DNA of 26,876 bases from an archaeon (GTDB lineage Archaea > Iainarchaeota > Iainarchaeia > Iainarchaeales > JAAZKV01). Positions 17,592 to 25,647 of the stretch are shown here, in pieces (positions within the stretch are counted from its first letter, which is position 1; every line of letters begins with the position of its first letter). Location: assembly GCA_036170245.1 (NCBI GenBank), contig JAVHOV010000041.1:1-26876 (forward strand), given 5' to 3'. Position numbers and translations under genes: made by a program. The notes under the pieces were generated by a model. The model saw only the letters and a program-made list of their open reading frames with translations. It had not been told where the DNA came from and made no database searches.

Positions 17592-18818
17592 ATGCAGATG
17601 AATATAGAACAAATCAGAGAAGATTTTCCATTATTACAAAGAAAAATTAAGGGCAAAAAAATTGTTTACCTAGATAATGCTGCAACTTCTTTAAAACCAA
17701 AACAAGTTATTAATGCTGAAAAGAATTATTATGAAAATGTTTCTGCAAATGTCCACCGCGGGCTGCACATTTTAAGTGAAGAAGCTTCAAGAGAACATGA
17801 AGCAGCACATGAAACTGTTGCAAAATTTGTTGGAGCAAAAAAAGAAGAAACTATTTTTGTCAGAAATGCTACTGAAGGATTGAATCTTGTAATGTATTCC
17901 TTATGGAACTCAAATTATTTCAAAAAGGGAGATAAAATTCTTGTTTCAAAAATGGAACACCACTCAAACATTGTTCCTTGGCAATACTTAGAAAAAAAAA
18001 TTGGAGTGAAACTTGAATATGTTGAACTCAATAAAGATTATACTCTTGATATGAATGATTTTGAATCAAAAGTAAAAGGAGCAAAATTAGTTTCAATTAC
18101 TGCAGCAAGCAATACCGTTGCAACCCTCCCTAATGTCAGAGAAATTACAAAAAGAGCTCACAAAGAAGGAGCCTTAGTTTGCGTTGACGGAGCACAGCTT
18201 GTACCCCACCATGAGGTTAATTTTTTTCAAATGGATTTTGACTTTTTGGCTTTCTCAGGACACAAAATGCTTGCCCCAACAGGAACTGGAGCACTAATCG
18301 GAAAAAAGAAAATATTAGAAGCAAATGAACCATTTATGTTCGGAGGAGACATGATTCACTCTGTTGAACTTCATAAATCAATTTGGAACACTTTACCAAA
18401 TAAGTTTGAAGCAGGAACTCCAAACATTGCAGGATCCTATGGAATAAAAGCCGCTTGTGAATACTTGAAGAAAATAGGAATGAATAATATTGCAAGGCAC
18501 GAAGAAACACTTACAAAACTTGCATTAGAAGAAATGAGCAAAATTGATTCAATAAATATTTACGGTCCCCTTGATGCAAAGAAACAGGGAGGAATAATTC
18601 TATTTGAATCCACTTTACTTTCTGCACACGAACTCGCAATGGCATTAAGCGAAGCAGAGAATATTTGTATTAGAAGTGGAATGCACTGTGCTGAACCATT
18701 AGTATCAAGTTTAAACAAAGAAGGACTTGCAAGAGCAAGCTTCTACCTATACAACACAGAAGAAGAGATACTATTCTTTACTAATACATTAAAAGAAACG
18801 CTAAAAGTGTTTGGTTAA
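17592..18818 (+). CDS. sufS: SufS-type (group II) cysteine desulfurase
   Basis: YLDNAAT, ANVHRG, EHHSN, VDGAQ, FSGHKM (PLP Lys), FEAGTP, RSGMHCA (catalytic Cys) and RASFYLYN. Confidence 0.95.
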   Translation: MQMNIEQIREDFPLLQRKIKGKKIVYLDNAATSLKPKQVINAEKNYYENVSANVHRGLHILSEEASREHEAAHETVAKFVGAKKEETIFVRNATEGLNLVMYSLWNSNYFKKGDKILVSKMEHHSNIVPWQYLEKKIGVKLEYVELNKDYTLDMNDFESKVKGAKLVSITAASNTVATLPNVREITKRAHKEGALVCVDGAQLVPHHEVNFFQMDFDFLAFSGHKMLAPTGTGALIGKKKILEANEPFMFGGDMIHSVELHKSIWNTLPNKFEAGTPNIAGSYGIKAACEYLKKIGMNNIARHEETLTKLALEEMSKIDSINIYGPLDAKKQGGIILFESTLLSAHELAMALSEAENICIRSGMHCAEPLVSSLNKEGLARASFYLYNTEEEILFFTNTLKETLKVFG

Positions 18819-18884
18819 ATCAAAAAACATCAAAAAAGTTAAAATTAATGAGCACTAAAAGCGGTTTTCTGCCATTAAAAACAA

Positions 18885-19328
18885 CTATTTTTCTTCAAAA
18901 AAGTAATCACTTAACTCTTGGCCTTTAATTATTGAAGCTACATCAATGGCCAAATACTCTCTTGGGCTAAGTTCAAAAAATAATTTCTTTTGTTTCTTTG
19001 CTTCTTTGGTAAATGAAACCTTTGCACCAAAAACTGAGATTGGAGGAAAATAATCTTTTTCAAATCCGGTTAGCTTGAGAACCTCACCCTCATCAACTTC
19101 TTGTAAATTCACATCAAATAAATCCTTGGCAGTTTCAATAGTTACTTTTTCATTTGCAATAAAAACCACTACAAAGAAGTCCATTTTATCATTTACAAAA
19201 GCACTTGCTTTGGCACAAGCAAAAATATTCAATTTTGCAACCGAAAGAGCTTTAGTTACAGAAACATCACTAGAAAATTTTATTATCTGTGCATTAAGAG
19301 CGTTTGAATCTATAAAATCCTGAAGCAT
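18885..19328 (-). CDS. YbaK/EbsC/ProX-like aminoacyl-tRNA editing domain, divergent
   Basis: Length and layout match the family, with CAKAS (conserved Lys) and EVLKLTGFEKDYFPPI (family TGxxxGGVxP). The Gly-rich loops are lost. Confidence 0.65.
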   Translation of the reverse strand: MLQDFIDSNALNAQIIKFSSDVSVTKALSVAKLNIFACAKASAFVNDKMDFFVVVFIANEKVTIETAKDLFDVNLQEVDEGEVLKLTGFEKDYFPPISVFGAKVSFTKEAKKQKKLFFELSPREYLAIDVASIIKGQELSDYFFEEK

Positions 19329-19399
19329 TAAACCACAACAATTAAATCAAAAAAACAATTTAAAAACAAGTTCTTAATTAAAAAAACTACTAAAAAAGA

Positions 19400-19461
19400 A
19401 ACTTAAAAAAAATTAAATAAAAAAAGTAAATCTTTAATGCCCTTATTTTGAGCATTAAAGA
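19400..19461 (-). terminator. hairpin + long T-tract terminator of the surface-protein operon
   Basis: Perfect 10-bp inverted repeat TCTTTAATGC (19431-19440) / GCATTAAAGA (19452-19461), 14 nt after the stop, followed on the minus strand by several T runs. Confidence 0.7.
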
Positions 19462-19474
19462 AATTTAACTGTAT

Positions 19475-21844
19475 TTATTTTCTAAACCCATTTTTCTTTT
19501 TAGCAACAGGCCCAAATAATAGCACAACTATTATCACAAATATTGCAAACAGCAATAGTCCAAGCAATGGAGCTGTGTATGCACCAAACCAACCACTTAT
19601 AGAAAATGATTGATCTTTACCTGTAAAAGAAATCAATTGAGTCTTTGTTATTGACCCGTTTGAAGTTTCTATTACTACTGAAACATTCTTGTCAGTTGGC
19701 AGACTTCCAGTGAACCACGCAACAATACTTGCAGTCATGCTTTCAGTTGGCTTTAGTAATCTATTTGAATCAAACTTTACTACCGCATTCAAATCATTAA
19801 TGAAAATATCACTTACTGTAAAGTCTGCATTTGAATCATTTGAAATTACAAAGTCAAACTTTACTTCAGTAACTTTCAATCCATTCAAATCAGTTACCTT
19901 AGAGTTAGTATCACTATTAAATCCTTCAGGAACTTTACAATTTCCGCCGAACACATGAACTAAAAAGTTGACATCTCGGTAAGTGTTCTTATCACTTAAC
20001 ATTGCAACTTGAACATTAAAGTCTCCATTAGTTCCTGCAGGAGGAGTTAAACTCAAATAAACATTCTTATCTTTAGTTGCAAGGATGAAAACTGGTGTTT
20101 CACTTACAGAAATCCACTTAGGGGCAACAACATTCAAATCAATTGTCTGTGCAAAGAAACCACTGTTTCCAATATTTAATGGAACAATTTTACTTTCGCA
20201 ACAATTAGCATCAACTGATTTGGCTACTTTGAAATTCAAATCATAACATTCTTTTGGAGTTAATGTAATAACAGGAACTGTCTTTGAAACATTAACTTGG
20301 TCAGATTCAATTAAAATTGTCTGTTGGTTTGCATAAGCATTAGGAACGTCACCGTACAAATTAACTTGCTTTGATTCGCCCGCATTAAGATCAAATTCGC
20401 CGTTCATTACAAAAATCCAATTCGAATCAATACTTACTTTGAATTTTTGTGCAGATGTACCATCATTTGTTACAAAGAAATCATGTCTCATATCTTCATT
20501 ATCGCAAATTAAAATTCTAGAAATATCTGTTCCAGCATCAAAACAATTTTGGAAATTATAATTATATTCCAAAGTTTTTTCAATGAAAGGAGTAATAACT
20601 TTTACACTTACTTTTGAATCAGAAGGACTTGCTGAAGTCAATTTGAAAACTTCTTTTGTATTTGATGCAGCAGCAACAACTATTGGTTTAGTTTCTACTA
20701 AAACCCCATTTAGGTAAATACTTGCATTAAAATCCATTCTTTCTGAACCAGTGTTAGTGAATTTAATTACTGAATCCGCTGACAAAAGACAAGTGTTTTC
20801 GTCAAAAGAAGCTCTTTCTATATTCAAGTCATAGCAATTGTTCAATACTAATTCAATCGGGAAGAAGTAACTCTTATTGTATGCGCTTGAAGTTATTTTA
20901 ACTATTAAATTTGAATCACTTACACTTCTTTTCTTTACAATCAATGAAACAACTGAAGAAGAATTAAAATCTAACTTTGCTTTGCTCTGTTCAAAATATG
21001 CAATATCTTTATTTAAATTTGCATAATTTTCATCAAGCAATTCAATAGTTAAATTATCATTTTTATCAGACACATTTGTCAGTTTGAATGAAACATTTTT
21101 GTCAAATTCTTCGCAAGAATTTAATTTGAACTTATTTGACTCTGACAAATTATCTATAATAAAAGGATTGAATTTAGTTATTGTTTTAGTCAATGCTATT
21201 TTGCTTGAAGCATTTGTTCTTGTATTAAACAACCCTAATTCAAATGAATAAGTATTTGCATCAGTATTGCATAAAGAAGTTACTCTCATTAATGCAGTAT
21301 ATGAAGAATAGGGATTTATCACAAATTTAGTTTGTGGATAAGTTACCCAAGAATCATTTAATCCATTTTGAACTAAAACAAATTCATCAACAAATTTGCT
21401 AGTATTTCTTATTACAATATTATAATCACTAGCTTCGCATGGCTTTGAAGTTCTGTTTAATGGGCTTACTGAATAATTAAAAGTGTGGGCTTGGTTAACA
21501 TTCAAATTATATTTAAGTAAATTTGATTCAACCCCAAAAACCAAAATATTGAAATCATAACTTCCGCTGTTTGCATAACATTCAGGCGTAACAAATGCAT
21601 AAAAATCAATGCAAGAATTTGAATCCATATTAATTGAACTAGGAGCAATTGCAATCCAACTACTTTGAGGCCCTTGAACAGAAATATTATACACTCCGCC
21701 AAGATCTGCGCAAATAGTATACTTTTGTTTAAAAGAGTCACATTGGTTAACACTAGCGTAAGTTGGCCCAGTTACTGACAAAGCACTAACTGTGCTTACT
21801 AATAACACAAAAACTAATATTATTGAAATTATTCTATTGTCCAT
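19475..21844 (-). CDS. 789-aa membrane-anchored surface protein with tandem Ig-like (NEW3/CARDB-like) domains
   Basis: Signal peptide MDNRIISIILVFVLLVSTVSA; repeated beta-sandwich motifs (IRNTS, LTNVS, FTNTG, VTNDG, IGNSG); C-terminal TM and KKKNGFRK tail. Confidence 0.85.
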   Translation of the reverse strand: MDNRIISIILVFVLLVSTVSALSVTGPTYASVNQCDSFKQKYTICADLGGVYNISVQGPQSSWIAIAPSSINMDSNSCIDFYAFVTPECYANSGSYDFNILVFGVESNLLKYNLNVNQAHTFNYSVSPLNRTSKPCEASDYNIVIRNTSKFVDEFVLVQNGLNDSWVTYPQTKFVINPYSSYTALMRVTSLCNTDANTYSFELGLFNTRTNASSKIALTKTITKFNPFIIDNLSESNKFKLNSCEEFDKNVSFKLTNVSDKNDNLTIELLDENYANLNKDIAYFEQSKAKLDFNSSSVVSLIVKKRSVSDSNLIVKITSSAYNKSYFFPIELVLNNCYDLNIERASFDENTCLLSADSVIKFTNTGSERMDFNASIYLNGVLVETKPIVVAAASNTKEVFKLTSASPSDSKVSVKVITPFIEKTLEYNYNFQNCFDAGTDISRILICDNEDMRHDFFVTNDGTSAQKFKVSIDSNWIFVMNGEFDLNAGESKQVNLYGDVPNAYANQQTILIESDQVNVSKTVPVITLTPKECYDLNFKVAKSVDANCCESKIVPLNIGNSGFFAQTIDLNVVAPKWISVSETPVFILATKDKNVYLSLTPPAGTNGDFNVQVAMLSDKNTYRDVNFLVHVFGGNCKVPEGFNSDTNSKVTDLNGLKVTEVKFDFVISNDSNADFTVSDIFINDLNAVVKFDSNRLLKPTESMTASIVAWFTGSLPTDKNVSVVIETSNGSITKTQLISFTGKDQSFSISGWFGAYTAPLLGLLLFAIFVIIVVLLFGPVAKKKNGFRK

Positions 21845-21861
21845 ACCCAAAAACCCCTTTT

Positions 21862-24800
21862 TTACTCCATCCAAACTTCTCTTTGTTTTGGCTTAGTAAT
21901 TATAGCTAACCCTAAAGTAATTAACCATACCAAAACAATTAAAATAATTGCTAGAATTACAAATCCCATTATTCCGCTAAAATCCAATATATTATTTCCC
22001 CCAAAAGAGAAGAAAGCAGAAAACATTCCTGCAAACACCCCATTATTCTTTTCAATATGCAGAGTAAATCCTTTCTTATTCACTAATTGAGAACTTGATA
22101 CTACAAATACTGGAGAATAATCCCCGTTCACATCAAGAGCAGTAATTTTGCCAGACACATTAGTTAATTCGCCTGCAGCAAGAGAAGGAATTACAATATC
22201 ATCCATAGAAACTCCGTCAGGTAAAGATTCAATTGTTATTTTTATATTATTCAAATCTTTCTCAGAATTATTTCTTACTACTAAATCAAATGATGCGCTA
22301 GAATTGCCTTTTATGTCAATTTCACTAGTTGCACTCAATATTTGAAGATCATCAAAAGTTGTTTTCTCTTTTACATTAAAGTAAATTGTTGAAGTCAATT
22401 GAGTTGAACCGTTTAATTTCAACTGGATTTTTTGGTTATCCCCAACTATTGAACTAGGATTAGTTGAAACTGAAACAAAAATTGTTTTACTTGTTCCTTT
22501 CCTTACAGTAAATCTGTCTTCAGAGAAACTTACATTCACTCCAGTAGGAACTTCAAATGCAGACAAAGAATATGTCTCATCAAGATCTCCGTTATTTACT
22601 ATTTCCACGTCAAATATGCTTGAACCGCACCAAATTATATCCTTAGCCTGAGTTTTAACATAGAAACTTGAACTGCTCTCAGGCAAAACATTTAGGCAAA
22701 TATCTTTAGTTTGAGTAAATGAATCCCATTCACTGCCATCACTAGCATTAATTGTAACATAATTCTTTCCTGCACTAATATCAGTTGGAACTATTAAAGA
22801 ATATAAAATTGTTTTACCTTCCCCTTCTTTTAGAGAAACTGTACTATAAGATAATTCGCTGCTTGCTTGCGCAATATTCAAAAAGAAATCTTTTCTTTGA
22901 GTAGAACAATTGCTTCCGGAATTACTTTCTCTTCTTACTGAAAATTGGCTTTCTAAAGTTTGTCCTCTTTTTACATCAAAGCAAACATTTGGTGCAGAAA
23001 GAGTGAATGTTCTTTTTACAATGTTTGAACAATCCACTACATCAAAGTAAACTTGTTTTTCAATGTGATAAGAATCAGCATCCCCTGAAATTGAAACACT
23101 TTCAGTTGTGCCTGCTTGAAGTGCAATTGCATTAATTGTTAATTGAACAGTTTTTTGTTCCCCGCCATTAAGAGTAATATACTCGTTATCAAAGTGAGGA
23201 AGAACCATTTCATTATCTGCACTTAAATAAATTTTCTTGCTTGATGAAGTAGTGTTTTTTACTAAAACTGAAACATCTTTTCTTTCCCCAGCACAAACTG
23301 TTCCATCAAACTCTTCTATTTTGAATCCGTCAAAATTACTGCAAGTTCCAACTTCGAACTTGAAATCCATGCTTAAATTTGAATCATTGTCAAATACACT
23401 GACATTATATTTTCTTTCTTCTGCCCCGCAGGAATTTACGCTCAAAGTAATATTTGTTTCTTCTTTTGAATTAAGGCACAACTTGTTTTGTGAAAGTGAA
23501 GTGTTCAAATAATTGTAAGGAGATGAACTTGAATCAAAATCAAAGCATTTCTTTGCATTAGTATCATTCTTCAAATAAATTGGCAAAGAATAAGTTGAGC
23601 AAGTTTCAAGGCATACACCGTATGTTTCTGCAGAAAAGTGAATTACTCCATTATTTGAATCAAAGCAATTACTTGAAACAGTAAAACTAGTGCTAGAACT
23701 TTTTCCTTTTGAATCAGTTGCACTCAAATCAAGAACAACACTTAATTTATCATTTGATTCCAAAGTACATGAAATGAAATTACTGTCAACTAAAGAACAA
23801 CTTAAACCATTAACTGAAGTTTGGTTAAAATGGAAAGTCAAATTATTTTTGTCTTCAGTATCAGTAACGTAATTTCTCAAATCAACGAACTTTGTTTTTG
23901 ATTCGTTAATACAAACACTTGAAATATTATTCCACACAGGAGTTTTATTTTTCACATTCAACATAAAAGTTGTTTCTGAATATAATCCGAAAATATCAGT
24001 TGCTCTTACTTGTACAATATTATTTGCATCACTGCATGAAGATATTGCACAAAAAAGGAAATGATTTTCAGTCAAATAACAATTTGCAAAATAAGGATTT
24101 GACTGTGAAATTATATTAAAATCCAGTAACTGTTTGTCTTCATCAGAGGAATAATCATACAAATCAATTAATTTGTTTACATTTTGAACACAATCAACTT
24201 CCTGATTCGGAATGTAAATACTTGGAGCTGAATTTGTTACATTAATGTCAAATTGTTTTGAAGCGTGCTTTCCGCAGGAATCCTCTACATTAACGCTTAT
24301 TGTAGTAATGCCCAAATCGTTTCCGTTGCAGCTCAAATATCTATTTGAAGCAACAGTGCAAACAGCTGATTCTGAATTTATATCAGTGATGTATAAATTA
24401 GTAATTTCAAGTTCGCTTTGGAAATCATCAGAATCTTTGACATAATCCCACAAATCAATTCTCAAATTCTGTTTGTAAGTTATTGTTTTGTTTGGAAGCT
24501 CTAAAATGCAAGGAGCTAAATCTGTTGTGCAAGGATCAACTGGCTTATCTTTTGTACAATTAGCAGTTGTTCCAGAGTGAAGTCCAACACAATTCCATTT
24601 ATACAAAGTAGAAGAATCTGCTACATCAGCAAAAGTTCCTTTAGAACAAGTGTTAACATCAGTACCGCAAACACCATTTACTGGCAAAGGACAACCGCAA
24701 GTCGAGCAAGTAGGTGCAGGATCACATGCTGAGCAAGTGCTGCAAGTTGAGCAAGTGGAAGGAGTTGAATTGCAAAAAGAACAAGTTGAAGTTGTTGTAG

Positions 24801-24939
24801 AAGTATTAGTATGATAAATATTATCAATGCAATCAGAGCAAGAACTATCATTAGTTGCACATGCAGCATTTGCAAATACACTCATTGATAAAACAATTAA
24901 CAGCATTCCAGCTAATAAACAAAAATGATTAAATTTCAT
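21862..24939 (-). CDS. 1025-aa membrane-anchored surface protein: Cys-rich tip, three cadherin-like repeats, Ig-like stalk
   Basis: GGAGGG RBS before ATG 24939; signal peptide MKFNHFCLLAGMLLIVLSMSVFANA; CxxC runs; repeats IDLWDY/IDLYDY/VDLRNY about 95 aa apart; C-terminal TM and basic tail. Confidence 0.85.
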   Translation of the reverse strand: MKFNHFCLLAGMLLIVLSMSVFANAACATNDSSCSDCIDNIYHTNTSTTTSTCSFCNSTPSTCSTCSTCSACDPAPTCSTCGCPLPVNGVCGTDVNTCSKGTFADVADSSTLYKWNCVGLHSGTTANCTKDKPVDPCTTDLAPCILELPNKTITYKQNLRIDLWDYVKDSDDFQSELEITNLYITDINSESAVCTVASNRYLSCNGNDLGITTISVNVEDSCGKHASKQFDINVTNSAPSIYIPNQEVDCVQNVNKLIDLYDYSSDEDKQLLDFNIISQSNPYFANCYLTENHFLFCAISSCSDANNIVQVRATDIFGLYSETTFMLNVKNKTPVWNNISSVCINESKTKFVDLRNYVTDTEDKNNLTFHFNQTSVNGLSCSLVDSNFISCTLESNDKLSVVLDLSATDSKGKSSSTSFTVSSNCFDSNNGVIHFSAETYGVCLETCSTYSLPIYLKNDTNAKKCFDFDSSSSPYNYLNTSLSQNKLCLNSKEETNITLSVNSCGAEERKYNVSVFDNDSNLSMDFKFEVGTCSNFDGFKIEEFDGTVCAGERKDVSVLVKNTTSSSKKIYLSADNEMVLPHFDNEYITLNGGEQKTVQLTINAIALQAGTTESVSISGDADSYHIEKQVYFDVVDCSNIVKRTFTLSAPNVCFDVKRGQTLESQFSVRRESNSGSNCSTQRKDFFLNIAQASSELSYSTVSLKEGEGKTILYSLIVPTDISAGKNYVTINASDGSEWDSFTQTKDICLNVLPESSSSFYVKTQAKDIIWCGSSIFDVEIVNNGDLDETYSLSAFEVPTGVNVSFSEDRFTVRKGTSKTIFVSVSTNPSSIVGDNQKIQLKLNGSTQLTSTIYFNVKEKTTFDDLQILSATSEIDIKGNSSASFDLVVRNNSEKDLNNIKITIESLPDGVSMDDIVIPSLAAGELTNVSGKITALDVNGDYSPVFVVSSSQLVNKKGFTLHIEKNNGVFAGMFSAFFSFGGNNILDFSGIMGFVILAIILIVLVWLITLGLAIITKPKQREVWME

Positions 24940-24941
24940 AA

Positions 24942-25526
24942 TTAAGCCCTCCTTTTTATTCTTGCAATAAATGAAACTAATAAAACCGCGCAAACTACAA
25001 TTAAAATAATAAATATTACCCAATCAGTTGGAGTGAATGAACTAAATTCACCCAAAGTTGCTCCAAAAGAAAATAATCCTGCTAAAGCAGATTCAGAAGA
25101 AGAACTTCTCTTTGTTGTAAATGATAAATTAACATCCTTTGTAATTACTTTTGTTCCAAAACTAGCTTCAACTAAACCAACTATTTGTCTGTCATCTTTG
25201 AAATTATTTATAATCGTAATTTTTGCAGTTGTTTTTGAATTTGGACTCAATTGCTTTGGCGCAACTACTGTTGCATTTGCAGGAGAATAAAAATTTACTT
25301 TCAAATCAACTGTAGTAGAAGAATCGTTAATTAATTCAACATAAAAAACTGCTTTGTCAGTTACTCCAACTGCTTCCGGGGCAACTACACTAAAAGCCAT
25401 TGCCTTGGAACTTAGTAAAACTATTAAAAAAAGAACTGCAACTAATAAATAATCCAAATCAAAAGAAAAAAACTTTTTTGAAGCAGTGGCTACAGATGAA
25501 ACTCCAGTTGAACTAGATACCATCAT
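24942..25526 (-). CDS. small surface protein with one Ig-like domain between an N-terminal signal/TM and a C-terminal TM
   Basis: GGGTG RBS before ATG 25526; hydrophobic YLLVAVLFLIVLLSSKAMA; FYVELIND beta-sandwich motif; C-terminal TM and RIKRRA. Stop is 2 nt from the next start. Confidence 0.8.
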   Translation of the reverse strand: MMVSSSTGVSSVATASKKFFSFDLDYLLVAVLFLIVLLSSKAMAFSVVAPEAVGVTDKAVFYVELINDSSTTVDLKVNFYSPANATVVAPKQLSPNSKTTAKITIINNFKDDRQIVGLVEASFGTKVITKDVNLSFTTKRSSSSESALAGLFSFGATLGEFSSFTPTDWVIFIILIVVCAVLLVSFIARIKRRA

Positions 25527-25546
25527 AACACCCAACCCCAAATTTG

Positions 25547-25609
25547 TAACTTTGTGTAATTACAAAGTTATAGCTATTACATAATACCCTATAGAAGAAG
25601 TATTTAAAC
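25547..25609 (-). promoter_or_regulatory. surface-operon promoter (TTTAAATA) with a downstream 9-bp inverted repeat
   Basis: Minus-strand GTTTAAATA at 25609-25601; TAACTTTGT-N6-ACAAAGTTA at 25547-25570 lies between the TATA box and the RBS. Confidence 0.55.
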
Positions 25610-25647
25610 TTAACTAATTCACTAAAGTGAGGGATAAACAGAGTTTT

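Noticed and set aside
24690..24800. Short GAGCAAGT-like nucleotide repeats as a CRISPR array or tandem repeat element
   Set aside because: They encode the T-C-S repeats of the Cys-rich protein segment and have no repeat-spacer periodicity.
24690..24870. CxxC runs as heme-c or Fe-S binding sites
   Set aside because: There is no CxxCH motif, and the segment is exported and Ser/Thr-rich, so disulfides are more likely.
1876..25290. Numerous antisense or nested ORFs in the track (for example 1876-2208, 4304-4582, 4622-5002, 7523-8140, 12164-12532, 15325-15615, 19689-19958, 23237-23512)
   Set aside because: They are shadows of well-supported genes, mostly with Ser/Phe/Ile-rich mirror composition and no recognisable motifs.
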